Shown: one piece after another, positions 51,954 through 62,295 of the stretch | Numbering within the stretch: position 1 is the stretch's first letter | How the letters are laid out: each line of letters begins with the position of its first letter | Assembly (NCBI GenBank): GCA_965215515.1 | Contig: OZ244057.1 | Coordinates: 288,001-352,000 of the forward strand | Reading direction: 5' to 3' | DNA from: Oligoflexales bacterium | GTDB taxonomy: Bacteria; Bdellovibrionota_B; Oligoflexia; Oligoflexales; JAPPIL01 | Length of the DNA stretch: 64,000 bases | Made by a program: the position numbers and the translations under genes | The notes under the pieces: model-generated | The model's database searches: none | The model's input: only the letters and a program-made list of their open reading frames with translations | Told to the model about the DNA's origin: nothing

Positions 51954-54351
51954 TATCGTTATCAAAGGCGCCTCCGAACATAACCTGCGCCACATCGACG
52001 TAACTATCGCCCGCCAAGCCATCACCGTCGTCAGCGGAGTCAGCGGAGCAGGCAAAAGCACCCTGGTGCTGAACGTTATCCTGCGCGAAGCACAGCGGCG
52101 TTTCTTCAACACCATGTCGTTGCACGCCCGCAAATTGCTACAAGGATTCACCCGCCCCGCCGTCAAGTCCATCCACGGTCTGTCCCCCGCCCTGATCTTG
52201 CCGCAAGCTGTACCTCCTCCTAGTGCCACAGCATCGCTCGGAGAAGTAACGGGACTCAGCGAACTGTGGCACATCGTCTTCGCCGCCCTAGGAGAAAGAA
52301 AATGTCCCCAACACAATGTGCCGACTACCCCCTCCACCTCCGCAGATATTAGCGCCACACTGCTCGCCTCGCCCGCCCCTACCACCCTCGTCATCGCCGC
52401 CCCACTGCCCACGCAAAAAAACTACACCCGTCAAGATTGGCAAACCCTGCAACAAAAATACCTGCGAGTCATCATCGCTGATAAACTCTACACCCTCGAC
52501 GATGGCGATGCCCTGCCCGCCGTGAGCGGCACCGACACCGTCAGTGCCCTCGTCGATGTCATCCATCTCAAAACAGGATGCGAAGCACGCCTCACCCGCA
52601 GCATCGAACAAGCACTACTGCTCGGTGACGGACGTTGCCACACCGCACACTACCGACAACAACGCCTGCGACACACACAGTACTTCACTACCGCAGCCAG
52701 CTGCCCACAATGCAACTTCACCTGGCCACCCCTAGAAGCACAGCACTTTGCACGACCATGCGGCACATGCCGCGGGAAAAAAAACACCGCCAAGCAACCC
52801 TGCCCAGCTTGTCACGGCACAGGAATACCCGCTGACCTGCACGCCATTACCGTCGCCACCCATTCGTTGCCCCAGATCAAGAACATGATGCTCGATGCCC
52901 AGCAAAAGATAGTGAGACAATTGCTCGCTACCCCGCACTTAGCCATTCACCTGCGCACAGTTTTGCAACGCATCAGCAGTGAACTCCTCCAACTGCAAGA
53001 ACTCGGCCTCGACTACCTAACCCTAGCGACACGACTGCACGGCCTATCGGGCGGAGAATGGCAAAAAACCAGAATCGCAACTCTGAGCAACGAAAACCTA
53101 AACGGTGTTATCTACATCTTCGATGAACCCAGTCAAGGTCTTGCGGCGACCGAAGTCGCACAGTTGTGGCAGAAGTTTGTGCGTCTCAAAAAAAACGGCA
53201 ATACCGTTATCATCGTCGATCATAACCGTGTCATGCTGGAAAAAGCCGATTGCATCATCGATCTCGGCCACGGCGGCGGCGAACAAGGCGGAGAGGTGGT
53301 GGCAAAATTCAGCTATGATGAACGTGAACGTTTTCGGCGCAGTTCAGCGACCGCAGAATTTCTCTGCCATCCCTCCCCCACCCCCGCCATCACACCCACA
53401 CCCACACGAAAATTTTTAGAAGTTTACCCCCCGCGCCTCAATAACCTGCACATCGAACGGGTGCGTTTACTGCCACACGGCATCAACATCATCACAGGCG
53501 TAGCAGGAGCGGGCAAATCGAGTTTGCTCGAACACTGCCTCTACCGCATGTTGCGGGCGCGGCAAGACGACACACACAACCCTCGCCGACTGCGTGGGTT
53601 TGAGGCGATGCGCAAAATTTATTTTGTCCACCGCCGCCCTTTAGCAGCACGACAACGCAGCCTGGTCGTCACGCAACTCGATATTTTTGCCCCGCTGCGC
53701 CGCCTGTTCGGACAACTAAAAGAAAGCCAGATCGCAGGCTTCAGCGTCAGCGATTTTTCCCTGAGCACCGCCAGTCGCGGACGGTGCTCCTCCTGCCGCG
53801 GGGCGGGGCTGGTAGCGGCCAGTGTTGCCTACCTGCCAGCTACCCCATGCCGCGTCTGTCAGGGAAAACGCTACGATGCCGCGCTCGACAGTATTACCTG
53901 GCGCGGTCTCAGCATCAGCGACGTGCTAGCACTGAGCATCGCTCGTGCTGCACAATTTTTTCGTAATTTCAGCAAAGTACACGCAACACTACAAGCCGCG
54001 TGCGATCTCGGTCTCGGCCATCTGCAACTCGGTCGTGCCATCACACAGCTGTCAGGCGGTGAAAGTCAACGCTTGCAACTCGTGCCCTGTCTGGCAAAAG
54101 CCGACAGCCACACCCTGCTCTTGCTCGACGAACCAGGCCGCGGTCTGCACCATGTCGATATCGCCAAGCTGTTGCAGCTTTTCCAAAAATTACGCACCGC
54201 AGGGACGACACTGGTCTTGATCGAACACAACGCCGAACTCATCGCCGCCTGCGACTGGCTGATACAACTAGGACCAGGCGGCGGGTGCTACGGCGGTCGC
54301 TTGCTGCACGAAGGCACACCTACAATTCCCAAAAAAAATCAAATTGGGTAA
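51946..54351 (+). CDS. UvrA-like excinuclease ATPase, short and divergent
   Basis: GASEHNL; two Walker A motifs; two LSGGE signatures; DEP motifs; CxxC zinc fingers. Confidence 0.85.
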   Translation: MPDIVIKGASEHNLRHIDVTIARQAITVVSGVSGAGKSTLVLNVILREAQRRFFNTMSLHARKLLQGFTRPAVKSIHGLSPALILPQAVPPPSATASLGEVTGLSELWHIVFAALGERKCPQHNVPTTPSTSADISATLLASPAPTTLVIAAPLPTQKNYTRQDWQTLQQKYLRVIIADKLYTLDDGDALPAVSGTDTVSALVDVIHLKTGCEARLTRSIEQALLLGDGRCHTAHYRQQRLRHTQYFTTAASCPQCNFTWPPLEAQHFARPCGTCRGKKNTAKQPCPACHGTGIPADLHAITVATHSLPQIKNMMLDAQQKIVRQLLATPHLAIHLRTVLQRISSELLQLQELGLDYLTLATRLHGLSGGEWQKTRIATLSNENLNGVIYIFDEPSQGLAATEVAQLWQKFVRLKKNGNTVIIVDHNRVMLEKADCIIDLGHGGGEQGGEVVAKFSYDERERFRRSSATAEFLCHPSPTPAITPTPTRKFLEVYPPRLNNLHIERVRLLPHGINIITGVAGAGKSSLLEHCLYRMLRARQDDTHNPRRLRGFEAMRKIYFVHRRPLAARQRSLVVTQLDIFAPLRRLFGQLKESQIAGFSVSDFSLSTASRGRCSSCRGAGLVAASVAYLPATPCRVCQGKRYDAALDSITWRGLSISDVLALSIARAAQFFRNFSKVHATLQAACDLGLGHLQLGRAITQLSGGESQRLQLVPCLAKADSHTLLLLDEPGRGLHHVDIAKLLQLFQKLRTAGTTLVLIEHNAELIAACDWLIQLGPGGGCYGGRLLHEGTPTIPKKNQIG

Positions 54352-54423
54352 AATAGAAGATGAGACGCTCCGATGGCAAAAGCGGGAGGAGTGTCTTCCC
54401 CAGCCTGAGCGGGAGAGTCAGAT

Positions 54424-56232
54424 GTGAAAGGATGCACTGTCGTTTATTTTTTGCTCGTTTTGTTGCTGTCTACCGCAGCACTGGCGGAGCCGCAGCTGGT
54501 CGCCAGAATCGACGTTGCCCGACTGATGCAACACAGTGTCGGGGTGCGCACGCTGCTGGCAAGCGCAATACCGTCCGCGGAGACGCAACACACGACAACA
54601 GGCACAACGCTAACACTATATCGTGAGGCGGGGACGGTAGTTTTTTCCCCCGCCTACCCTGTCCTTACCGCGGGCACGAAGTTGACGCTAAAACTACAAG
54701 GGCTCGCTCCTGCCGAGGTCGAAGTGTACCCTCGCCACACGGAGACAATTGCCTGGCAACCAGAAAACAACAGCCTCACAGCACTGCAAGCAGGTGAAAG
54801 CGAGGTCGTCTTCATCATCGCCAAGACACTGCACATCTTGCCCCTGCAAGTACAAGCAGCACCTGTGCAGCTAGCCAGTAGCCATGCAACTCCCGCCGAG
54901 CCAGCACTGCCCGCGTCGTTATGGCAAGCTCAGCTCGAGCAGTCATCGCCTCTGCACGCCCCGCCGCAGCGCGCGCAGCGCGCAACGAAAGAATCTCTAA
55001 TCTTTAAACTGGAGCGGGCGCAGGTTGCCTACCGTCAGGTGGAGATTCAAGTTGTCGATGAACGTACGACGGCGAGCGCACATTACCCTGTCAGCGGTAT
55101 GCAGGTCAGTTTGCTCGGCTCGTCTCTACAGCTACGAACGGATGCAAGGGGGGTGGTGCGGATCGCGGCGGTGCCCGAAGAGGCGCGGCTGTTGTTGAAA
55201 CTGCACGACCCGCAGGGACGTTATATGCCCGCCTGGCAGGAAATTTTCGTGCGCAAACAGCAGGGTCGTTATCGCCTGACAGTGCGACGGGAGCTATCCT
55301 TCGCTGCGCTGCAGACGATCGTCGGACGTAGCCAGGATACACGCTTGGCCTCACTGTGTGCGGTGCTCGCGGGCACGCAGGGAGAGACAGACTTCGTGGT
55401 CACCAGCGATGTGCCTGCCGACGGTGTTTACTACTTCAACCGACTGCAACTGCTCGCTCCCCAACAACAGGCGACAGGACAGGACAACCGTTTTTGTTTG
55501 TTCAACGTCGCTCCAGGCCCGCTGACCCTGTTCATCGCTGACGCGGAGGGGCAGCACCGTGCCGTGTTCACCGTCGGGCTGGCAGCGGGGCATCATCGCG
55601 AGGAAATTTTTACCCTGCGTGAAGGACAGGCATATCGCAGCTGGCTGGCGATCGCCGCTGATATGCACCGCCCTGTGCAAGGACAAGCTACAGAAGAGAT
55701 AGTTGATTTTGTGCAGATGCGCATGGTCGGTGACGATAGCTATCTGGCTAAAGCCGCCGACGGCTTGCTAGAAACCGCCCCCATCTGGCATCGCGGTCGC
55801 AGCCATGCGGTTACCCGTGACGCGGAATTCGAAGACACGCTCTATCAGTTTACCGACACCGCACCCGTGGGGTTTGTCCCACTCCTGCTGCGGGGACTCA
55901 TCGAGAATACGGCATTGCTCGCGAATACCACGCACGATGCGAGTCTCGGCAGCGCGGTGATCGAGTACGGAGCACGGCAAGGCGAAGATGCCGCCGCGGT
56001 CTCCCTGCGCCTCGTGGATACGGAAGGCAGGGATGTGCACACAGCCTGGGCTGTGCAGGAGGGCGGTGTAACCCGCAGCGTCTTCCTCAACCTCAACTAC
56101 GGGGAGTATCAAGTTATCGCCCAAAACGCAGACGGCTACTGGCTAGCGGCGGGGACGGTGTTCGTCTACAGCGAGACCGTTTCTTTCTTGCGCACGGGAG
56201 CGGCGGTAGTTTACCGCGGGAAGAAACCATAA
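54424..56232 (+). CDS. Secreted hypothetical protein, beta-rich
   Basis: Signal peptide ending ALA; 602 aa. Confidence 0.65.
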   Translation: MKGCTVVYFLLVLLLSTAALAEPQLVARIDVARLMQHSVGVRTLLASAIPSAETQHTTTGTTLTLYREAGTVVFSPAYPVLTAGTKLTLKLQGLAPAEVEVYPRHTETIAWQPENNSLTALQAGESEVVFIIAKTLHILPLQVQAAPVQLASSHATPAEPALPASLWQAQLEQSSPLHAPPQRAQRATKESLIFKLERAQVAYRQVEIQVVDERTTASAHYPVSGMQVSLLGSSLQLRTDARGVVRIAAVPEEARLLLKLHDPQGRYMPAWQEIFVRKQQGRYRLTVRRELSFAALQTIVGRSQDTRLASLCAVLAGTQGETDFVVTSDVPADGVYYFNRLQLLAPQQQATGQDNRFCLFNVAPGPLTLFIADAEGQHRAVFTVGLAAGHHREEIFTLREGQAYRSWLAIAADMHRPVQGQATEEIVDFVQMRMVGDDSYLAKAADGLLETAPIWHRGRSHAVTRDAEFEDTLYQFTDTAPVGFVPLLLRGLIENTALLANTTHDASLGSAVIEYGARQGEDAAAVSLRLVDTEGRDVHTAWAVQEGGVTRSVFLNLNYGEYQVIAQNADGYWLAAGTVFVYSETVSFLRTGAAVVYRGKKP

Positions 56233-56246
56233 CTCCACGCGTCAAC

Positions 56247-57071
56247 ATGATAGCACCTGCCTGCGCAGTGACCGAGGCTGACCTGCACGGTCGTGTGCAA
56301 CAGTTGCGGGCGCGTGGCATCGACATCGGCACTGTTCCGCCCGTTTTTGCGGACGAAGAAGCCAAGCGTCGGCACTTACGCGCGGCGTTGTGTGCTGATG
56401 ATGACGCACATTTGCTCTGCGTGCGCGGTGGTTATGGCACGTCCGACGTGCTGCCGTCGATCCCTTATGCGCGCTTGTCACGCTCCAAGCGTGTAATCGG
56501 CTTCTCGGACATCTCCGCCCTGCACAGCGCCTTGTGGACGCAGTGTGGTTTTGTCGGTCTCAGCGCTGCGATGCCAGGCAGTGCCGCGTGGGGGGATCTG
56601 GACAGCGAGGCGATGCGTACGCTACTCGCTATCCTACGCGGCACATGTGGGGGGGGTATGCTGGCAGTTACGGCGCGGGGGGATTACGGCACGGAAGAAG
56701 TAGCGGGAACGTTGTTCGGCGGCTGTTTTTCGGTGTTGACGAATTTGTTGGCTACGCCCTACTTGCCACGGGAACTGGCGGGTTATATTTTATTTTTCGA
56801 GGATGTCAATGAGAGTGAAGGGAGGTTGTTGCGTTACCTCAATCAGTGGCGTTTCAGCGGTATGCTCGACGGTGTACGGGCGATAGTGTTGGGACGTTTT
56901 GAACAGCTGGAGGGCAGTCTCGCGCGTTTGTATGCTACGTGGCAGGCGCGGGTTACTTGTCCTGTTTACACGACGGATGATTTTGGGCATAGTGCTCCTC
57001 TCTCGCCGCTTCCTATCGGTGGGCGGGGGGTGATCAGGGGAGAAAAACTCGTTTGGACGTTAGCAAACTAG
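56247..57071 (+). CDS. ldcA: LD-carboxypeptidase (S66)
   Basis: Motifs RGGYG, GFSDIS, FEDVNE and FGH. Confidence 0.9.
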   Translation: MIAPACAVTEADLHGRVQQLRARGIDIGTVPPVFADEEAKRRHLRAALCADDDAHLLCVRGGYGTSDVLPSIPYARLSRSKRVIGFSDISALHSALWTQCGFVGLSAAMPGSAAWGDLDSEAMRTLLAILRGTCGGGMLAVTARGDYGTEEVAGTLFGGCFSVLTNLLATPYLPRELAGYILFFEDVNESEGRLLRYLNQWRFSGMLDGVRAIVLGRFEQLEGSLARLYATWQARVTCPVYTTDDFGHSAPLSPLPIGGRGVIRGEKLVWTLAN

Positions 57072-58492
57072 ACACACCCAAGAGTCGTATCGATGCAGCT
57101 CTCTATTTCATCGGGATTGCGGGCACGGGCATGGCCGCGGCGGCGGGTTATTGCAAAGAGTTTGGTTTTGCGGTGTTCGGCAGTGACAAAGAGGTCTACC
57201 CGCCTATCAGCGATATGTTGGAGGATGCGGGCATAACTTTTTTTGAAGGTTATGCTGCGTCGCATTTGATCGAGACTAACCCTTACATGGTGGTCATCGG
57301 CAATCACATTGCGGAAGACAATCCAGAAGTCGAGTATGTGCTCAGCAACAAGATACCGTACACGAGTTTTCCGCAGTTGATCGGCGATACGGTGTTGCAG
57401 GACAAGAGTGCGGTGGTTGTGGCGGGCACGCATGGCAAGACGACGACGACGGCGTTGTTAGCGCATTTGCTGATGAGTTTGAACAAAGACCCCAGTTATT
57501 TGGTCGGGGGTGTGCCTCTCAACACGCCGCGCAGTTTTCGCCTGGGCAAGGGCGATTTGTTTTGCATCGAGGGCGATGAGTATGGCAGTTCGTTTTTTTC
57601 GCCAGGAGCGAAGTTTCTCTTTTACCGCCCCAAATATTTGCTGCTCAACACCATCGAACTCGACCATGTCGATATCTATCATGACGTGCAGGAGCTGCTC
57701 GATCAGTTCGCGCGTTTGGTGTCGATGGTGGAAGATCCCCAGCATATTGTGGCAAACATTGACTGTCCTAACGTCGCTGCTTTACTCGACAAGCATGAGA
57801 TCGCCTGTGTCACGGTATCTCCCTACCAGCGGAACGAGATGGCGGATGTCATTGTGCTCAATTATCCTCCTCGCAGTCGTTACTTTGAGGTGCAGCTGCG
57901 CGCGTTTGGGAAGTTACAGCTGCGCCCTTTGTTGTTTGGGGCGCACAATGCCGCTAACATGGCGATGGCGTTGGGGGGAATTATCGCGCTCGGCTGCAAG
58001 AATTTGCCTTCTCTCAGGTATGGCTTTGCTTCGTTCAGGGGGGTGAAAAAGCGCTTGCAGCATTTGTTCAAGCAAAACGGTATCGACTGTTATGAGGATT
58101 TTGCCCATCACCCCACTGCGGTGCAGTCGGTGTTGACAACGTTGCGGGAGAAGTATCCTAACCGTCGTCTGCTCGCGGTGTTCGATTGCAAGAGTGCGTC
58201 GAGCAAACGCAATGTTTTTTTCCAGGAGTATGTCCGCAGTCTTGGAGTGGCTGACCTTGTGGCTTTGCGGCATTGTGCGGTCGATACTCGCATCAGGGCG
58301 ACGGAACGCATGAGCACGCAGGCACTAGCGAGTAAGATCGGCAAGCAAGCGTATGCTTGCAGTGACGACGAGGATTTGCGGCGATGGTTGGAAGATAAGC
58401 TACAGCGGGGCGATGTGTTAGTGTTGATGTCCTGTGCTAGCTATGGCGAGCTTCCACAGCGGATACGGCGCTGGGTGAGAAGACAGGTGTAG
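57053..58492 (+). CDS. mpl: Murein peptide ligase (Mpl/MurC family)
   Basis: Motifs GIAGTGM, YPPIS, AGTHGKTTT, IEGDEY and DFAHHPTAV. Confidence 0.85.
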   Translation: MDVSKLDTPKSRIDAALYFIGIAGTGMAAAAGYCKEFGFAVFGSDKEVYPPISDMLEDAGITFFEGYAASHLIETNPYMVVIGNHIAEDNPEVEYVLSNKIPYTSFPQLIGDTVLQDKSAVVVAGTHGKTTTTALLAHLLMSLNKDPSYLVGGVPLNTPRSFRLGKGDLFCIEGDEYGSSFFSPGAKFLFYRPKYLLLNTIELDHVDIYHDVQELLDQFARLVSMVEDPQHIVANIDCPNVAALLDKHEIACVTVSPYQRNEMADVIVLNYPPRSRYFEVQLRAFGKLQLRPLLFGAHNAANMAMALGGIIALGCKNLPSLRYGFASFRGVKKRLQHLFKQNGIDCYEDFAHHPTAVQSVLTTLREKYPNRRLLAVFDCKSASSKRNVFFQEYVRSLGVADLVALRHCAVDTRIRATERMSTQALASKIGKQAYACSDDEDLRRWLEDKLQRGDVLVLMSCASYGELPQRIRRWVRRQV

Positions 58493-58696
58493 GGTGGCAA
58501 GTGCCGCCCGTTTGTTTGCTAAAGTATCGAATTATTTCATTTTTTTAAAAGTTACCCTTAGCTTGGAGAACGATTGCAGGTATAATGGGAGTAGGGTGCG
58601 GTCTTGGACTTACAACACGAGGAGAATCAGCAAGTGAACAGCAAAACAACGGGGCAACCGCTGCCTGACGGCGTGGTGCGAAGCGGAAAAGCGGTG

Positions 58697-59191
58697 ATGG
58701 GACGGTGGATGGTGGTGTTGGCGGTGCTGGGGTTGTTGTCTGCCTGTGCTGGGGACAAAGCACCTGAGGAGCCTGTGCAGGTCGATGAGTCTGCTCCTCC
58801 TCCGCAGATGGAGTTGCCGAGTGATCTCGATGTCGCTCCTGCGGGGGAGACGATGGCGGTTTCCGAGCGCACGGTTTATTTTGCTTTCGACGCTCATGCG
58901 TTGGATGCGCAGGCGCAGGCGAATATCGACGAGGTGTCTCGCTATCTGCAGGACAACAGCGATGTGTCGCTCAAGTTGGAGGGGCATTGCGATGAGCGTG
59001 GTTCGACCGAGTACAACTTGGCGTTGGGGCAACGGCGTGCGCAGGCGGTTAAGGATTATTTAGTGCAACTGGGTATTGACGAAAATCGTTTGCCAACTAT
59101 AAGTTACGGGGAGGAGAGGCCTGCGGTCGAGGGTAGCGACGAGACGGCGTGGTCTCAGAATCGAAGGGTTGAGTTTGTCCTTCAAAACTGA
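58697..59191 (+). CDS. pal: Peptidoglycan-associated lipoprotein
   Basis: Lipobox LLSAC; EGHCDERGSTEYNLALGQRRA; NRRVEF. Confidence 0.93.
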   Translation: MGRWMVVLAVLGLLSACAGDKAPEEPVQVDESAPPPQMELPSDLDVAPAGETMAVSERTVYFAFDAHALDAQAQANIDEVSRYLQDNSDVSLKLEGHCDERGSTEYNLALGQRRAQAVKDYLVQLGIDENRLPTISYGEERPAVEGSDETAWSQNRRVEFVLQN

Positions 59192-59214
59192 CGATGACAG
59201 CAAAGACTACGGGT

Positions 59215-59244
59215 AAGCCCAGCATTCTCTGCTGGGCTTTTTTT
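59215..59244 (+). terminator. Rho-independent terminator after pal
   Basis: AAGCCCAGCA-TTCTC-TGCTGGGCTT followed by a T run. Confidence 0.85.
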
Positions 59245-59269
59245 GTGCTCGCAGCGGGAAGGGAGCAGG

Positions 59270-60841
59270 GTGGAAGCTACGTTCATTATTGTGCTGGTCT
59301 GCGTTGGGGGCGCGGCGTTGGGGTTGTTTGTGGTCGGTACTTCTGTGCATCGTCGCCGCATGGCTGCGGTGTATGAGAAGGCGCAGCAGGAATCGCAGAC
59401 GATGATTGAGAGTGCCCGCAGGGAATCTGATCGGCTTGTGCAGGGGGCGTTGGATGAGGCGAGGGAGGAGAACAATCGTCGTCGTCGCTCGTTTGAGAAG
59501 GAAACAAAGCAGCGTCGGCAGGAGTTGATTAAGCTGGAGAATAAGATTCGTCAGCGGGAGCGTGCGATCGAGAGTAAGTTGCAGTTGTTGGGGAAGAAGG
59601 AGCAGGCGATCACGCAGCAGGAGCAGGCTTTGCGTGACGAGGAGTCTCGTTATCGGCGTTTGGCTGACGAAACCGATGATAATTTGCAGCGCGTGAAGGA
59701 CAGGCTCAAGCGGGTCACAGGCATGTCGGTCGAGGAGGCAAGGCAGGAGTTGGTCCGTAGTATTGCGAGTGAGGCGCGTCAGGAGGCGCGGGAGAAGTTG
59801 CGTAAGATCGAGGAGGAGACGCGTCAGGAGGCTGACCAGCAGGCGCGGTCGATTATCAGTGCTGCAGTGCAGCGTATTTCCAGTGAATTTGTCAGCGATG
59901 CGACGGTGACGGTGGTGTCGATTCCCAGTGATGATGTGAAGGGGCGTATTATCGGGCGCGAGGGGCGTAACATTCGGGCGATTGAGCAGTTAACGGGTGT
60001 CGATTTGATTATCGATGATACGCCTGAAGCGGTGATAGTATCTTGTTTCAACCCTGTGCGGCGGGAGATTGCACGCATTACGTTGGAGCGTTTGATTGTC
60101 GATGGTCGCATCCATCCTTCTCGTATCGGTGAAACGATCAAGCGGGTGACGGAGGAGTTGGATCAGACGATGCGTGATGAGGGTGAGCAGGCAATTTTGC
60201 AGCTGGGTATCAGTGACTTTCATCCTGAGTTGGTGTTGATGTTGGGGCGTTTGAAGTATCGTATGGTCGGACAGCAGACGGTGTTGCAGCATTCGTTGGA
60301 GACAGCGCAGATAGCTCGCATCATGGCCGCGGAGATGCGGGGGGACAGCAAGGAGGCGGCGCGTAGCGGACTGTTGCACGATATCGGCAAGGCACTCGAT
60401 GCGGAGGTGGACGGGCATCACGCGCAGGTGGGGGCTGACATTTGTGCACGACTGGGTGAATCCGCACAGGTGGTGGAAGCGATCAGGGCGCATCACTCCG
60501 ATCATGCGGTGCAATCCAGCCCTCTGGCGGGGATTGTTTTCACCGCCAATCAGTTGTCGATGAACCGTCCTGGAGCGCGCCAGGAGACTGTCGATGGCTA
60601 CATCAAGCGTCTTCACGATATGGAGAAACTGGTCGCGGCGTTCACGGGTATCGACAAAGTCTATGTGCTCAAGGCGGGACGGGAGGTACGTGCACTGGTC
60701 ACGCCGACGGGCATGAGCGATGACGAGGTGGTCGATCTCTCCAGCGAGATTGCGGCTAAGTTAAGGCAGGAGTTAACTTTCCCTGGGCAGGTGCGTATCA
60801 GCGTGGTCAGGGAGAGCCAGGCGGTAAATTACGCCAAGTAG
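59270..60841 (+). CDS. rny: Ribonuclease Y
   Basis: N-terminal TM, coiled coil, KH motif KGRIIGREGRNIR and HD motif LLHDIGK. Confidence 0.95.
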   Translation: MEATFIIVLVCVGGAALGLFVVGTSVHRRRMAAVYEKAQQESQTMIESARRESDRLVQGALDEAREENNRRRRSFEKETKQRRQELIKLENKIRQRERAIESKLQLLGKKEQAITQQEQALRDEESRYRRLADETDDNLQRVKDRLKRVTGMSVEEARQELVRSIASEARQEAREKLRKIEEETRQEADQQARSIISAAVQRISSEFVSDATVTVVSIPSDDVKGRIIGREGRNIRAIEQLTGVDLIIDDTPEAVIVSCFNPVRREIARITLERLIVDGRIHPSRIGETIKRVTEELDQTMRDEGEQAILQLGISDFHPELVLMLGRLKYRMVGQQTVLQHSLETAQIARIMAAEMRGDSKEAARSGLLHDIGKALDAEVDGHHAQVGADICARLGESAQVVEAIRAHHSDHAVQSSPLAGIVFTANQLSMNRPGARQETVDGYIKRLHDMEKLVAAFTGIDKVYVLKAGREVRALVTPTGMSDDEVVDLSSEIAAKLRQELTFPGQVRISVVRESQAVNYAK

Positions 60842-60891
60842 GTCGTGTCGATGTCTGTTTTTACCTTTTGCTTGCAGTGCCTGGGGGGCAT

Positions 60892-61419
60892 TTACGGACG
60901 CATCTGAAGGCAAAAATTGCCGTCCGCATCACGGACATAGCTGACCCGCTGCTGTCGTTCAGGATCGATGCTCACGGTCGCGGGGGGGGTGTCTGCACAG
61001 ATGTTTTGCCACAGCTGCACGCTGCCACGACTAACCCGCACCTCATAATGTCGGTCACGACGGAAATATACATCGTCGAGACGAGCGAGGTCACACACAT
61101 AGGGCAAGGTGTGTAACTCACGACGCGCTTGTAAGAAGTCCGCGAAGTTTTCGCCGTAAGCATCGATATTGCTGACTCGTGACGGATACTGCAAAATAAA
61201 CTCTCTAGCAAAAAACTTAAAGTTATCGGACTGCAAAGTTTTCTCTACCGACGGGTAACGACGCTGCAAAGCAGCCAACAAACCAAATAGCCAGTTATGG
61301 CGATAAGCCTTGAGATTAGCCGCCGTTGCCGCGGTAAGAATAGACAACGCACGCGGTGGTGCCCGCTGCAAGATCGCCTCGCTCAGAACACCGAGCGTTG
61401 CCTTGAGATCAAGGGCCAT
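60892..61419 (-). CDS. DUF2063-like partner protein of DUF692 enzymes
   Basis: LKAYRHN...AALQRRYPSV...F...YPS...YGENFADFL...DLARLD; overlaps the DUF692 stop. Confidence 0.8.
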   Translation of the reverse strand: MALDLKATLGVLSEAILQRAPPRALSILTAATAANLKAYRHNWLFGLLAALQRRYPSVEKTLQSDNFKFFAREFILQYPSRVSNIDAYGENFADFLQARRELHTLPYVCDLARLDDVYFRRDRHYEVRVSRGSVQLWQNICADTPPATVSIDPERQQRVSYVRDADGNFCLQMRP

Positions 61420-62284
61420 GCGTTTTATCCGCATGCAAAGAACACACCCGTTGCCCGCCGCACACAACCCGCTGCATGTGCACGATGTCGGCAAGCAAAG
61501 TGTGCCAGGCAGGAAGATTGTTGTCGCGCTCGTAAACAATCAGCGTCGTCGGAGCAAGCTTTGCCCGACAACCATGCAATAACTGCAACACCTGCGGCGG
61601 CACATCCGCTCCGTGAGTGTCGAGGTGAAGGTTGTCCTTCACCTCCCCTCCCGCAAGATGTACCTGCGCTACCCGCGGCCAGGCGAGCGCCGCGAGGAAA
61701 TCCTGCGCCTGAGCAGCGAGATTTTGCTCGTTGACCCACAGATTGTTGAGATCGAGCAACAAACGCGCTCCCGTACGGTGCATTACCGCATTGATAAACT
61801 CAACCTCACTCATATCACTGCTGCTAAACTCAACGTAAGAAGAAAGATTCTCCAGCAGCAAACTTTCCTGCAAAAAATCCTGCACATAAGTAACCCGTGC
61901 CTGCACATTGCGTAAACTCTCAGCATTAAATGGAAACGGCAAAAGATCGTGGAAACATATCCCGTTATGCCGCTCTACACTGAAATGATCGGAAACATGA
62001 CGGGGAGAAAATTTGCGGCGTAACGCAGCCACCTTGCTCAAATACCGCTTATCGAGCGGGTCAACCCCGCCGATATTCATGCCGAGACAATGCAGAGTAA
62101 GATCGTAATCAGCCCGCAGTTTCTCTAACTTCTTATGGTGTGCCCCAGGCGTGAAAAAGTTTTCGGCGATAACCTCCAAACAAGACAAAGGCGGGCGGGT
62201 AGCCAACAACATGTCGATGTATTCCAGTCGCAAGTTGAGACCGAGCTGTGGAGGTGCGGTGGGAACGGATTCAGGCACAATCAT
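61409..62284 (-). CDS. DUF692 multinuclear non-heme iron oxidative enzyme (MNIO)
   Basis: Motifs EVIAENF, SDH, HDLLPFP, LLENLSSY, LLDLNN, VHLAG, DTHG and ERD. Confidence 0.92.
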   Translation of the reverse strand: MIVPESVPTAPPQLGLNLRLEYIDMLLATRPPLSCLEVIAENFFTPGAHHKKLEKLRADYDLTLHCLGMNIGGVDPLDKRYLSKVAALRRKFSPRHVSDHFSVERHNGICFHDLLPFPFNAESLRNVQARVTYVQDFLQESLLLENLSSYVEFSSSDMSEVEFINAVMHRTGARLLLDLNNLWVNEQNLAAQAQDFLAALAWPRVAQVHLAGGEVKDNLHLDTHGADVPPQVLQLLHGCRAKLAPTTLIVYERDNNLPAWHTLLADIVHMQRVVCGGQRVCSLHADKTHGP

Positions 62285-62295
62285 AGCCGCAAAAA

